Shown piece by piece: positions 7,844-18,077 of a DNA stretch of 64,000 nt. Below the pieces are notes generated by a model. That model was not told where the DNA came from. It made no database searches and was given only the letters and a program-made list of their open reading frames with translations. This stretch comes from Thermodesulfobacteriota bacterium (GTDB lineage Bacteria; Desulfobacterota_D; UBA1144; Nemesobacterales; Nemesobacteraceae). Location: the NCBI GenBank assembly GCA_965204795.1, contig OZ242012.1:355861-419860 (forward strand), in the 5' to 3' direction. Position numbers and translations under genes: made by a program. Numbering within the stretch: the stretch's first letter is position 1; every line of letters starts with the position of its first letter.

Positions 7844-9976
7844 GTGGAACAGGATTTTCTCAAAGGACTGAACCCTTCCCAGGCCGAGGCGGTGAGTTAC
7901 GGCGAGGGACCGCTTCTGGTGCTCGCGGGTCCCGGTTCGGGAAAGACCAGGGTGATAGCGCACCGCATCGCCTACCTGATAAAAAACAACGGAGTCTCTC
8001 CCCGGGAGATCCTCGCCGTGACCTTCACGAACAAGGCCGCGCGGGAGATGAAAAAAAGAGTGGAGACGCTCGCGGGCGGAGCGGCGCTCGGGCTCTGGAT
8101 AGGCACCTTCCACTCGACGTGTCTCAGGATACTGAGAAGGGAGATCGATTCTCTTTCGGACTACGCGGAGGACTTCGTCGTCTACGACAGGGCCGACCAG
8201 CTCGCTCTCGTCAAAAGATGCATGAAGGAACTCGACTACGGGGAAAGTCTCGTCACGGCCGAGTCCGCCCTCGGCAGGTTCGACGGGGCGGAAAACGGCC
8301 CGGAGGTCTCCTTCGGAGAGGGCTTTTTCGCCCAGGCGCTAGAAAACCTCTACCTTCTCTACAAAAAGGAGCTCGTCAAGGCCAACGCCATGACGTTCAA
8401 CGACCTGCTCCTGGTCGCGAACCGCCTCCTGCGCGAGGACCCCGAGGTTCGCCGCCGCTACCAGGAGATGTTCTCCCACGTGCTCGTGGACGAGTACCAG
8501 GACACCAACGCGCACCAGTACAGGTTCGTCAAGACTCTTTCGCAGTTCCGCCAGAACCTTTTCGTCGTGGGCGACGACGGCCAGTCGATCTACGGGTGGA
8601 GAGGGGCGGACATAAGCAACATACTGAACTTCGAGAGGGATTTCGGCGAGGCGAAGACCGTGAAGCTCGAGCAGAACTACCGTTCCACGAAGACCGTGCT
8701 CGGCATAGCGAACGGAATCATGAGCAAAAACCTCCGCAGGAAGGAAAAAAGGCTCTGGACGGAAAATCCCCGCGGGCGGAAGGCCGTCGTGTTCCGCGCG
8801 GAAGACGACGTCGAGGAGGCGGCGTTCGTCGCCGGGCGGATTTCGGAGTTCGCGGATTCGGGGGATTTCGGCTTCGGCGACGCGGCGGTTTTCTACAGGG
8901 CGAACTTCCAGTCGAGGGCGGTGGAGGAGGCGCTTCGCGCCGCCGGAATTCCCTACGTCGTGGTCGCCGGCACGGGCTTTTACCAGAGGGCGGAGATAAG
9001 GGACATGCTCGCCTACCTGCGCCTGGTCCGCAATCCCGCGGACGCCGCCAGCTTCGCGAGAATAGCCAACGTTCCGCAGAGGGGAATAGGAAAGGTGACG
9101 GTGGAGCGCGTGCTCGAAGTCTCGCGGACGCTGGAACTGGCTCCTCTCGACGCCGTGGAGGAGTGCGGAAAGAAAAAGCTTCTTCGAAGTGACGCGGTCG
9201 AGAGGCTCGGGAAGTTCTCGGCGCTTGTGGGCGAACTTCGCCGCGAGGCGCGAAGCGGCCCCGCGGGAAGGGTCGTGGCGAGACTTCTCGACCTCACGGA
9301 CTACGTCGGCTGGCTCGGGGACGACGCCCCGCGGGTCGAAAACGTGAAGGAGCTTCTCAACGCCGCGTCGCTTTACGGCGACCGGCCGCTCTCCGAGTTT
9401 CTGGACGACGTGTCTCTTGCGACCGACCAGGACAGGGAGGGTCCCGACGGAGACAGGGTCTCCCTCATGACCATGCACGCGGCCAAGGGGCTCGAGTTTC
9501 CGGCCGTCTTTCTGGTGGGACTGAACGAAGGGCTGCTTCCGCACGAAAGGTCCTCCGAGACCCTCGAGGAAATCGAGGAGGAAAGAAGGCTTTTCTACGT
9601 CGCGGTGACGCGCGCGGAAAAATTTCTCTGCATGAGCCACTGTTCGTGGAGAAGACAGTCCGGGGCGCTTCGCCACTCCCTCCCTTCCATGTTCCTCGGC
9701 GAAGTCCCCGCCGAGCACGTGGTCCGCGAGACGCCGGACGAGGAAACCGCTCCCGAAAGGCTTCCTTCCCTTCCCGCCGAAGCGGCCCCGCGGGCACAGG
9801 CCGCGGATTGCGGATTCTCCCCGGGACAGGCTGTAAGCCACATGCATTTCGGCCGGGGAGTGGTGAAGAAGGTGGAGACCTCGGGGAAAAACGTCGTGGT
9901 CACCGCGGTCTTTCCGCGCTACGGCGCGAGAAAGATAATCTCCGACTTTCTCTCCCCCGCTAGGAAGAGCAGCTGA
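7844..9976 (+). CDS. uvrD: Housekeeping ATP-dependent DNA helicase UvrD/PcrA
   Basis: AGPGSGKT, TFTNKAA, GTFHS, VDEYQDTN, VGDDGQSIYGWRGA, LEQNYRS, TMHAAKGLEF, EERRLFYVAVTRA and a C-terminal Tudor-like HFGRG tail. Confidence 0.95.
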   Translation: MEQDFLKGLNPSQAEAVSYGEGPLLVLAGPGSGKTRVIAHRIAYLIKNNGVSPREILAVTFTNKAAREMKKRVETLAGGAALGLWIGTFHSTCLRILRREIDSLSDYAEDFVVYDRADQLALVKRCMKELDYGESLVTAESALGRFDGAENGPEVSFGEGFFAQALENLYLLYKKELVKANAMTFNDLLLVANRLLREDPEVRRRYQEMFSHVLVDEYQDTNAHQYRFVKTLSQFRQNLFVVGDDGQSIYGWRGADISNILNFERDFGEAKTVKLEQNYRSTKTVLGIANGIMSKNLRRKEKRLWTENPRGRKAVVFRAEDDVEEAAFVAGRISEFADSGDFGFGDAAVFYRANFQSRAVEEALRAAGIPYVVVAGTGFYQRAEIRDMLAYLRLVRNPADAASFARIANVPQRGIGKVTVERVLEVSRTLELAPLDAVEECGKKKLLRSDAVERLGKFSALVGELRREARSGPAGRVVARLLDLTDYVGWLGDDAPRVENVKELLNAASLYGDRPLSEFLDDVSLATDQDREGPDGDRVSLMTMHAAKGLEFPAVFLVGLNEGLLPHERSSETLEEIEEERRLFYVAVTRAEKFLCMSHCSWRRQSGALRHSLPSMFLGEVPAEHVVRETPDEETAPERLPSLPAEAAPRAQAADCGFSPGQAVSHMHFGRGVVKKVETSGKNVVVTAVFPRYGARKIISDFLSPARKSS

Positions 9977-11432
9977 CCGAAAGTCCTTCGGCCCACTCGG
10001 GGGAAGGTCCCGCCAGGTCCCCGCAGCCGGGCCTGGGGGTGAAGGGGTCTTCGAATATCCTCCTCACCCTGTCTATTTCCGAGAAGTCTCCCCCCTCCGC
10101 CTTTCTCGCGGCGGTTTCCATCACGTGGTTTCTCATAACGTAGAGGGGGTTTGCGGAGTCCATCCGCTTTTTTCTCTCGGGGTCCGCCGCGGCGTTTTCC
10201 CGAAGCAGCGCCGCGTAGTCGGAAAACCACCGCCGCCACTCGGGCGACGACGCCCGGAGCCGCTCGAGCCCCGCGTTTCGCCCGAAGGAACCGTCCTTGC
10301 GCGCGTCGGAGAGGTCTCGGAAAAAGACGTGGTAGTCCGCCCCGAGCGCCTCGAGCGTCCCGAGGGTCTTTTCCATGAACCGCAGGGTCTCTTCGTTTTC
10401 CCTCTCGAAGCCGAACCTGCGGAGCATGAGCCCGCGGTAGGTTTTCGAGAAAACGGAGTTGAATGCCTCGGGAGCTTCGCCCGCCGCCGCTTCGCCCGCG
10501 AGGGGTCGCAGGCACGCGGCGAACTTCCCCAGGTTCCAGCGCGCGACGGCCGGCTGGTTTCGGTAGCCGTAGCGGCCGAAACGGTCGGAGGAGTTCGACA
10601 CGTGGTCTCTTTCGAACTTCTCGATGAAGCCGAACGGCCCGTAGTCGAGCGTTTCTCCCGCGACGGACATGTTGTCGGTATTCATCACGCCGTGGACGAA
10701 TCCGAACGCCTGCCACCCGGCGACCGTCTCCGCGGTCCTCTCCGCCACGGTCCGAAGAAACAGTCCGTATCTCCCGGGGCCGCCGCGGGGAAGTTCGGGG
10801 AAGCTGCGCTCCATCGCGCGGTCGGCCAGCAGGGCGACGTTTTCAGTCTCTCCCGCCCGGGAAAAAATCTCGAACGAGCCGAAGCGCACGTGCGTTCGGG
10901 CGACGCGAAGCAGCACGGCCGCCGTTTCCGTTTTGTCCCTCTCGATCTTCTCGTCGCTTCCGACCACGGAGAGGGCTCTCGTCGTCGGGATTCCGAGACG
11001 GAAGACGGCCTCGCTTCCCAGGTACTCCCGCACGCAGGAGCGAAGCGCCGCGCGCCCGTCGAACCCCCTCGAAAACGCGGTCCGCCCGCTTCCCTTGAGA
11101 TGCAGGTCCCGCTTCCGTCCCCGCCCGTCGCAAAGCTCTCCCAGGAGAAGCGCCCGCCCGTCGCCGAGGCGCGGGTTCCAGACTCCGAACTGGTGGCCCC
11201 CGTAGCGCATGGCCGCCGGCCGCGAGCCCCGAAGGAGCCTTTTTCCGCAGAGATACTCGGCGAGCAGAGGGTTTTCTCTCTCCCCCGGGTCTATTCCCAG
11301 GCTCTCCGCCAGGCTCTCGTTCCACGCCGCCAGACGCGGGCGCTCGAGAGGCTCGGGGCGGGTTTCGACCAGAAACGCCGCCGGGAGCCCCGCGCGGGAG
11401 ATCTCCAGGCGTATGTCGCTTATTTTCTTCAT
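9960..11432 (-). CDS. selO: Protein adenylyltransferase SelO/YdiU
   Basis: YGGHQFG...LGDGRA, LKGSGRT, DGRAALRS..REYL.SEA, GVMNTDNMS, DYGPF and C-terminal SCSS. Confidence 0.95.
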   Translation of the reverse strand: MKKISDIRLEISRAGLPAAFLVETRPEPLERPRLAAWNESLAESLGIDPGERENPLLAEYLCGKRLLRGSRPAAMRYGGHQFGVWNPRLGDGRALLLGELCDGRGRKRDLHLKGSGRTAFSRGFDGRAALRSCVREYLGSEAVFRLGIPTTRALSVVGSDEKIERDKTETAAVLLRVARTHVRFGSFEIFSRAGETENVALLADRAMERSFPELPRGGPGRYGLFLRTVAERTAETVAGWQAFGFVHGVMNTDNMSVAGETLDYGPFGFIEKFERDHVSNSSDRFGRYGYRNQPAVARWNLGKFAACLRPLAGEAAAGEAPEAFNSVFSKTYRGLMLRRFGFERENEETLRFMEKTLGTLEALGADYHVFFRDLSDARKDGSFGRNAGLERLRASSPEWRRWFSDYAALLRENAAADPERKKRMDSANPLYVMRNHVMETAARKAEGGDFSEIDRVRRIFEDPFTPRPGCGDLAGPSPEWAEGLSVSCSS

Positions 11433-11482
11433 GGCGCGGGCGGCGGTGCCGATAAACAAGTATATTGTTTCGGGAGAGATTC

Positions 11483-11767
11483 ATGAAATACAGAAAGAAC
11501 AAGATAAAGAGAGAGCATTCGATAATAAAGGGACTCCGGCGTTTTCTCGAGGACAACGTCTCGGTGCTTGACCACGTGAAAAGCGTGATCCCCGGCGAGA
11601 TAAAGGTCGGCAGGAAGACGGGGGAGAACCTCGCGGTGAGCTACAAGTACGAGACGGGAAGCGGGGCGAAGCTCATAGCCAGAAGCGGCACCTCGGTCCA
11701 GGAGGTGTTCGTCACCACGAGCGACCCCGAGGCGCTTCGCAGGGTGATAGAGTCTTCAGGGAAATAG
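11483..11767 (+). CDS. DUF2103-like small protein
   Basis: HSIIKGL, KSVIPGEI and KLIARSGTSVQEVFVTT resemble DUF2103. Confidence 0.7.
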   Translation: MKYRKNKIKREHSIIKGLRRFLEDNVSVLDHVKSVIPGEIKVGRKTGENLAVSYKYETGSGAKLIARSGTSVQEVFVTTSDPEALRRVIESSGK

Positions 11768-14700
11768 GTTTTCCCCGAGGCTCACCGTTCCCTCGCCGAG
11801 CAGCCCCTCCACGCTCTCCACGAGTTCCGCGCCGAAGCCCACCCTGCAGTTTCCCGCCCGCAGCAGGGCCTCCGAGTCCGGGGTCCTCAGGTTTATCACG
11901 ACCGTCGACCCGCCGGGAAACTTCTCCAGTATCTCCCTGAGGCGCGATATGTTCTCCTCGGTCGCCGATTCTCCCGCCACGGCGATGCGCACCGAGGACG
12001 CGGCGCCGTTTCCGCGAAGCCTTGAGATTTCGCTCGCGAGCAGCCTCGTCCTTTCGTCCGAGTTCTCCACCTTTCCCCTCACCACCAGCGGCTCCACTTT
12101 CTGCTTGAGCAGGTAGTCGCACCTGTCGAGCGTGTCGTTGAACACCACCACCTCGGTGAAGCCGTTCAGGTCCTCGAGCGTGACGTAGCCTATCCGTCCC
12201 GTTCCCTTCTTGGTGTTTTTGGTCTCAAACGCCCTCACCACCCCGGCCGTCTTCACCTCCTTCCCGTCGCGCGCCTGGCTCACCGCCTCGCTGTCGCGAA
12301 GCGAGGAGTCCCTGTCGAGCTCGGCCGAGTATTTCATGAGGGGGTGGGAAGAGACGTAGAAGCCGAGTATGTCGAGCTCCCTCTCGAGCTTCTCGCCCTC
12401 GTCCCACCCTTCGCTCTCGGCGAGAGCCGGCTCCCTGACCGATTCCGAGAGGTCAAACAGCGTGGCCTGGCCGTCGGAGTCCCGCCGCTTCATCGAGTTG
12501 TAGGCCAGAAGCGCCTCGCAGGAGTCGAAAAGCTGCGCCCTGTCGGGATTGAGCGAATCGAACGCCCCGCCGGCCACGAGGCTCTCGAACGCCTTCCTGG
12601 TGAGCTTCCTGGAGTCCACCCTGGCGCAGAAGTCCGTCACGGATTCGTACTTTCCGTTCTTTTCCCTCTCGCTCACCATCTCCTCTATGATCGCGTCCCC
12701 GACGTACTTCACGGCCGTGAACCCGAACCTTATCTTTCCGCCCGAGACGGTGAATCCCGAGGAGCTGAGGTTTATGTCGGGCTGCAGGACGTCGATTCCC
12801 GCTCTCCTGCATTCCGTTATGCCGGAAACCACCTTGTCGACGTTGTGCGCCTCCACGGACATGAACGCGGCCATGAACTCGGCGGTGTGGTGAACCTTTA
12901 CGTAGGCCGTCCGGTAGGTGATCATGGCGTAGGCCGCGCTGTGGCTCTTGTTGAAGGAGTACTCGGCGAACTTCTCCATCGTGTCGAAAAGCTCCCTCGC
13001 CTTTTTCGGCCCGACGCCGTTTTTCTCCGCTCCGGTGAGAAACCTCTCGCGCTGGGCCTTCATCTCGCTCGCCTTCTTCTTGCCCATGGCACGGCGCAGA
13101 AGGTCCGCCTCTCCCATGGTGAACCCGGCGATCTCGCTGGCGGTCTGCATTATCTGCTCCTGGTAGACGAAAAGCCCGTAGGTCTCGGCCAGTATCTCCC
13201 GAAGCGCCGGGTGGGGAAAGGATATCTTTCCTCCCTTCTTGACACGGATGAAGTCCTCGACCATGCCGCTGTCGAGCGGCCCCGGGCGGTAGAGGGCGAG
13301 CGCCGCCGTTATGTCCCCGAACTCCGTGGGCTGAAGCTTGGCCAGCATGTCCTTCATGCCGGAGGACTCCACCTGGAACACCCCCCGCGTCATGCCGTCG
13401 GAAAGCAGTTTGTACACCCCGGGATCGTCGAGGGGTATTTTCCTTATGTCGAAATCCTCTTCGTCCGGCCCCTGGTTCTCGCGTATGAACCCGACGGCCT
13501 TGTCGATTATGGTGAGGGTCTTCAGGCCAAGAAAGTCGAACTTCACGTAGCCGAGCTTCTCTATGGAGTTCATGTCGAACTGCGTCACGGTCTCGTTTTT
13601 GCTTCCCCTGTAAAGCGGAATGTAGTCGGCTATGGGCTCGTTGGCTATCACTATGCCCGCGGCGTGGGTGGAGGAGTGGCGGACCATGTTCTCGAGAGAC
13701 TTGGCCACCTCCACCGCGCGGGCGAGTTCCCCGTTCTCTTCGAGCGCGCGCTTCACGTCCCTCACCTTCTTCACCGCCTCCTCTATGCTGAAGACCTTTC
13801 CCCTGAAGGTGGGAATGAGCTTGGAGAGCTTGTCGACATCCCCGTAGGGAAGCCCGAGCACCCGGCCGACGTCCTTTATCACGGCCTTTGAGGACATGGT
13901 TCCGAAGGTGCCTATCTGGGCCACCTTGTCCTCCCCGTACTTGTCGGTCACGTACCTTATTATCTCGTCGCGGTGCTCGGCGCAGAAGTCCACGTCTATG
14001 TCCGGCATGCTTATCCTCTCGGGATTGAGGAACCTCTCGAAGATGAGCCCGTGTTTTATGGGATCTATGTCCGTTATGCCGAGAGAGTAGGCCGCGAGGC
14101 TTCCCGCCGCGCTCCCGCGCCCCGGTCCCACGGGTATGCCGTTTCGCTTGGCGAAGGATATGAAGTCTGCCACCACGAGAAAGTATCCCGAAAAGCCCAT
14201 CTGGCGTATGGTCTCCAGCTCCGTTTCTAGCCTCTGCCGGTAGGTTTCCGAAAGCCCCGGGTCCGCTTCGCCCTCCGCGAGGATTTTCCCGAGACCCTCG
14301 CGCGAGACGTCGTTCAGGTACTCCTCGAGCGACCGCCCGTCGGGAGGCTCGTAGAGGGGAAACCTGTAGCCCTCGTTTCGAAACTCGAAGTCGCAGCGCT
14401 CCGATATCCGGAAAGACTCCTCTATGGCGTCGTCGAATCCCCGAAGGTCCCGCTCCATCTCCTCCCTGGTCTTCACGTAGAAGTCGTCGCTCTGGAACCT
14501 CAGTCTCTTTTCGTCCGCCACCATGCTTCCGGTCTGTATGCAGAGAAGCGTGTCGTGGGAGCGGTAGTCCTCTTTTCTCAGAAAGTGGCAGTCGTTGGTG
14601 GCGGCGAGCTTTATGCCCAGGCGCTTTCCTATCTTCTTTATCTCGGAGTTCACCCTCTTCTGCTCGGGAAGGTCTATGGCCTGGACCTCGAGGTAGTACC

Positions 14701-15202
14701 TGTCGCCGAAAATCTCCCTGTAGAGAGACGCGGTCTTGAGCTGCTCCTTTTTGTCCTTTCTGAAAATCGACTGGCAGAGCTCCCCGCTCATGCAGCCCGA
14801 GAGGATTATGAGCCCCTCGTTGTGCTCGGAGAGCATCTCGTGGTCCACCCTGGGGCGGCGGTAGAAACCCTCGAAGTATCCCCTCGTGACCAGCCGGGAG
14901 AGGTTCCTGTAGCCGGTCTCGTTCATGCAAAGCGCCGTGAGGTGGTAGTTTTTTCCGTCCGCCGGCCTCTCGAGCCTGAGAGTCGGGGTGACGTAGAGCT
15001 CGCAGCCTATTATGGGCTTTACTCCCGCGGCCCTTGCCTTTTCGAAAAACTCGTACGCCCCGAAAAGGTTTCCGTGATCCGTGACGGCCACCGCGGGCAT
15101 GGAGTGCTTCTTGGCCCTCTCGATCAGCTCCTCGAACTTTATCGAGCCGTCGAGAAGCGAGTACTGCGAGTGCAGGTGCAGGTGGACGAAGGAGTCTTGC
15201 AT
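11756..15202 (-). CDS. dnaE: DNA polymerase III alpha subunit
   Basis: FVHLHLHSQYSLLDG (PHP), GPGRGSAAGS, MPDIDVDF, KFDFLGLKTL, YSFNKSHSAAY and an OB fold. Start at ATG 15202. Confidence 0.97.
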   Translation of the reverse strand: MQDSFVHLHLHSQYSLLDGSIKFEELIERAKKHSMPAVAVTDHGNLFGAYEFFEKARAAGVKPIIGCELYVTPTLRLERPADGKNYHLTALCMNETGYRNLSRLVTRGYFEGFYRRPRVDHEMLSEHNEGLIILSGCMSGELCQSIFRKDKKEQLKTASLYREIFGDRYYLEVQAIDLPEQKRVNSEIKKIGKRLGIKLAATNDCHFLRKEDYRSHDTLLCIQTGSMVADEKRLRFQSDDFYVKTREEMERDLRGFDDAIEESFRISERCDFEFRNEGYRFPLYEPPDGRSLEEYLNDVSREGLGKILAEGEADPGLSETYRQRLETELETIRQMGFSGYFLVVADFISFAKRNGIPVGPGRGSAAGSLAAYSLGITDIDPIKHGLIFERFLNPERISMPDIDVDFCAEHRDEIIRYVTDKYGEDKVAQIGTFGTMSSKAVIKDVGRVLGLPYGDVDKLSKLIPTFRGKVFSIEEAVKKVRDVKRALEENGELARAVEVAKSLENMVRHSSTHAAGIVIANEPIADYIPLYRGSKNETVTQFDMNSIEKLGYVKFDFLGLKTLTIIDKAVGFIRENQGPDEEDFDIRKIPLDDPGVYKLLSDGMTRGVFQVESSGMKDMLAKLQPTEFGDITAALALYRPGPLDSGMVEDFIRVKKGGKISFPHPALREILAETYGLFVYQEQIMQTASEIAGFTMGEADLLRRAMGKKKASEMKAQRERFLTGAEKNGVGPKKARELFDTMEKFAEYSFNKSHSAAYAMITYRTAYVKVHHTAEFMAAFMSVEAHNVDKVVSGITECRRAGIDVLQPDINLSSSGFTVSGGKIRFGFTAVKYVGDAIIEEMVSEREKNGKYESVTDFCARVDSRKLTRKAFESLVAGGAFDSLNPDRAQLFDSCEALLAYNSMKRRDSDGQATLFDLSESVREPALAESEGWDEGEKLERELDILGFYVSSHPLMKYSAELDRDSSLRDSEAVSQARDGKEVKTAGVVRAFETKNTKKGTGRIGYVTLEDLNGFTEVVVFNDTLDRCDYLLKQKVEPLVVRGKVENSDERTRLLASEISRLRGNGAASSVRIAVAGESATEENISRLREILEKFPGGSTVVINLRTPDSEALLRAGNCRVGFGAELVESVEGLLGEGTVSLGENLFP

Positions 15203-15755
15203 GGGAAACGGGGTAATTATACATTCTTCCCCCGTTTCATCCAGAGGCCGGCGGGAAAACGACGGCCGCCGGGCTTTGGCCAAACGGCTGCGCGTTAAGC
15301 ATCGCATCCCGCGCCATGCCTCGCGCTCGCGTTACGGTTGCGGATGGCGGACTGCCGTTGTTGGGCGGTGTTCGGAAAACGGCAAAAGAGAGACGGAACT
15401 TATTACGACCGCACGGGAGACGCGATGCGTATAGAGCACGATATTCTCCGGCAGGGAAAGAAGCCGTACTGCTGACCCGGCCGCTATGATAATGACCCCC
15501 CTCACTACTCCATCGCTGGAGAGAACCCCCGGGTTCTTGTCATCAAGGGGGTACCTTTGGAACGGCGAATAGCTTACCACTTCCAGAGTTGTTAATTCAA
15601 GGGGTGTGTTTCGCTATCCCGCGCAGGGTGGATTTTCTTTCAGTCAAGCCAGGCAGCCGGACACGGAAATTTCCCCTCGACGTTTTCGTCCCCAGGGAAT
15701 TAAGTCGGGCGTTTTGGAACCTCTCCGGATTTTCCGGCAACCGTTTCGGCGGCCT

Positions 15756-15941
15756 TCAGTCCTTGAAGACCGTTATAAGTATCAGAAGACTCGCCAGGAA
15801 GCACAATATCCCCGCAAGTCTGATCCTGAGGGACAAGCCGGTGAAAAAAATCATCGCGAGTCCCAGCACGAGCCCGCCGCCGGCCGCGACTCCGAGAAAC
15901 ACATCCAGAGGTCCCGAAAGCTTGTAAGGCACCATATCCAT
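15756..15941 (-). CDS. Small two-TM membrane protein (61 aa)
   Basis: GAGAGGA about 7 nt upstream of the ATG and two clear hydrophobic helices. No family recognised. Confidence 0.55.
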   Translation of the reverse strand: MDMVPYKLSGPLDVFLGVAAGGGLVLGLAMIFFTGLSLRIRLAGILCFLASLLILITVFKD

Positions 15942-16170
15942 ATACGTATCCTCTCAACAGCGATTCAAGGGCAAATCTCCTTCGTTTCGGAAACGGAATT
16001 TTATTGGAAAACATGGCGTCTTGTCAATCGGTTTTTCCTGTTTGGGCTTATCAGGCTTCTGATTGTAATACGAAATGACCGCCGAACTACAACGGGGATG
16101 TACGGTAATTGGGTAGAGAGGCAAAGTTTGTGTAGAATTCAATCGGACTTCCGGAGGCCGTGCGGTACTG

Positions 16171-17076
16171 ATGAAACTGCTTGACGCGATTGACAGTCTT
16201 AAGGTCTCGACCAGGGGAGACATAAGATCTCCTCACAAGCCTCTGTTTCTTCTGTACGCACTTGCGAAACAAGCGCGGGATTCAAACGCGAAGTTTGAGT
16301 TCTCGAAAATAAGAAAAGATGTTCAAACGCTTCTGAAAAAATTCGGACGGCCCGTTAAGTCCAGCAGTCGAGTATATTATCCATTCTGGCGTCTACAAAA
16401 CGATGGAATCTGGAAAGTGTGTTCGGATGAAGAGATAAGGCTGACTGGACAGGGCGACGCCTATGCGCCCGACTTGATAAAGTACAACGCCACAGGTTGC
16501 TTTTCCGCGGAGATTGCTCGGGAGATAAGAGAAAATCCGAATCTTGTTCCAATGGCCGCTCAGAAGTTGCTGGACGGGCATTTTCCCGAAACGTTGCACA
16601 GGGAAATTAGAGATGAGCTGGAAAGCATGGGTTTGTCTTGGGAAATGGATTACCACAAGCCGTCCCCGAAGACTAAAAGAGATCCCAAGTTTCGTAAAAA
16701 AGTTCTCTACGCTTACAAGTACAGTTGCGCTGTGTGCGGCTTCGACTTGCACTTGGGAGACATGCCGGTCGCGCTGGAAGCGGCGCACATAAAGTGGCAT
16801 CAGAACGGAGGGCCGGATACGGAAGACAACGGGCTTGCCCTGTGCTCTACCCACCATGCGCTTCTTGATTCTGGGGCACTTGGTTTATCTGATGATTATC
16901 AGGTTGTTTTGTCAAAATCCGCGCATAGTCCCAGCAACAGAAAGAGCTCCATAATGGAGCAGAAACTCCGAAAACGGAGAATTACTTTGCCTGCGGACGA
17001 GCGAAACTATCCGAACGTGAAATACATTCGCTGGCACAGAAGAGAGGTGTTCAACGAGCACGAAATTGCTCTTTAG
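16171..17076 (+). CDS. Phosphorothioated-DNA-binding restriction endonuclease (SBD-HNH), copy 1
   Basis: N-terminal PHKPLFLLYAL and YYPFWRLQNDGIW match the ScoMcrA-type sulfur-binding pocket (H-R/K-P plus Y-P-F-W-x-L). C-terminal CAVCG...LEAAHIKWH..GGPD...NGLALCSTHH..LD.G is an HNH domain. Confidence 0.8.
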   Translation: MKLLDAIDSLKVSTRGDIRSPHKPLFLLYALAKQARDSNAKFEFSKIRKDVQTLLKKFGRPVKSSSRVYYPFWRLQNDGIWKVCSDEEIRLTGQGDAYAPDLIKYNATGCFSAEIAREIRENPNLVPMAAQKLLDGHFPETLHREIRDELESMGLSWEMDYHKPSPKTKRDPKFRKKVLYAYKYSCAVCGFDLHLGDMPVALEAAHIKWHQNGGPDTEDNGLALCSTHHALLDSGALGLSDDYQVVLSKSAHSPSNRKSSIMEQKLRKRRITLPADERNYPNVKYIRWHRREVFNEHEIAL

Positions 17077-17126
17077 AGTATTAAGGAAGTAGTTTCTTGA
17101 CAGATGGTCAGGCTGGGTTGAGGAAG

Positions 17127-18020
17127 ATGAAGTTACTGGATGCGATTGACAATCTTAAGACTTGGAAGCGGGGAGGTGAAAGAGCCCCTCACAAGCCGTT
17201 ACTTCTTCTCTACGCCCTTGCTAAATATACTAACGACCCCGAAGCGAAACTCGAGTTTTCCCTTATAGAGGATGATATTCACGAGCTTTTGAATGAGTTC
17301 TGGAAGATAAGACCGAGTAAACATCACGTGAATGACCCGTTCTGGCGTCTTCAGAACGACAAAATCTGGCAAGTGGAGGCCGATGGGGAGATAAGGCAAA
17401 CATCTTCGGGTTCCGCTTATGTCGCCGACCTGAAAAGGTACAATGCGGCAGGTTTTTTCTCTCATAATGTTGCCAAGGAGATAAGAGACAATCCGAATCT
17501 TGTGCAAAGAGCTGTACAGAAGCTTCTGGACGAACATTTTCCCGAAACGTTGCACACGAGCCTTCGGGAAAGTGTAGGGCTGTTTCATGGAACGATTTCT
17601 TATGAGAAATCTTCCAAGAAGATCAGGCGAGACCCTAAGTTCCGCGAAAATGTTCTTCACGCTTACGGATACAGTTGTGCCGTATGCGGCTTTAATCTTC
17701 GAGTAAAAACCCTCCCTGTGGGACTGGAGGCGGCTCATATAAAATGGCATCAGTACGGAGGACCGGACACGGAGAACAACGGCCTTGCGCTTTGCGCTAC
17801 TCATCACAAGCTTCTCGACTCGGGGGTGCTGACACTTTCTGAAGACTACAGGGTTATCCTGTCGAAGTGGGTACACAGCCCGGACGACTCGGACAAGTTC
17901 ATCGAGCGACATCAAGAACGGGAAATCAGATTGCCGACGAACAAGAAACATTCCCCCGGCAAAGACTATATTCGCTGGCACAGGAAAGAAGTGTTCAAAG
18001 AACCTGAAATTGCTCTTTAG
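17127..18020 (+). CDS. Phosphorothioated-DNA-binding restriction endonuclease (SBD-HNH), copy 2
   Basis: GGERAPHKPLLLLYAL, NDPFWRLQNDKIW and the same HNH motifs. Paralogue of 16171-17076 (same MKLLDAID start and EIAL end). ATG at 17127 follows GAGGA. Confidence 0.8.
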   Translation: MKLLDAIDNLKTWKRGGERAPHKPLLLLYALAKYTNDPEAKLEFSLIEDDIHELLNEFWKIRPSKHHVNDPFWRLQNDKIWQVEADGEIRQTSSGSAYVADLKRYNAAGFFSHNVAKEIRDNPNLVQRAVQKLLDEHFPETLHTSLRESVGLFHGTISYEKSSKKIRRDPKFRENVLHAYGYSCAVCGFNLRVKTLPVGLEAAHIKWHQYGGPDTENNGLALCATHHKLLDSGVLTLSEDYRVILSKWVHSPDDSDKFIERHQEREIRLPTNKKHSPGKDYIRWHRKEVFKEPEIAL

Positions 18021-18077
18021 TCAAAGTCGGGTATATTAAATTCCAGTGTTCTTTTGTTTTTTCCACTTCTGCCGATT

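Noticed and set aside
9960-9985. Possible selenocysteine at the SelO C-terminus
   Set aside because: The protein ends SCSS followed by TAG, not TGA, so there is no recoding signal.
12344-15298. Long alternative-frame ORFs over dnaE (515, 923, 247 aa), and similar ones at 8339, 10125, 27038, 30108, 41383, 43528, 47465, 56548 and 60717
   Set aside because: Stop-poor shadow frames expected in GC-rich coding DNA. They have no motifs and fully overlap well-supported genes.
15300-15755. Short ORFs (82, 112, 192 aa) between dnaE and the small membrane gene
   Set aside because: No RBS or motif support, mutually overlapping, and no recognisable product.
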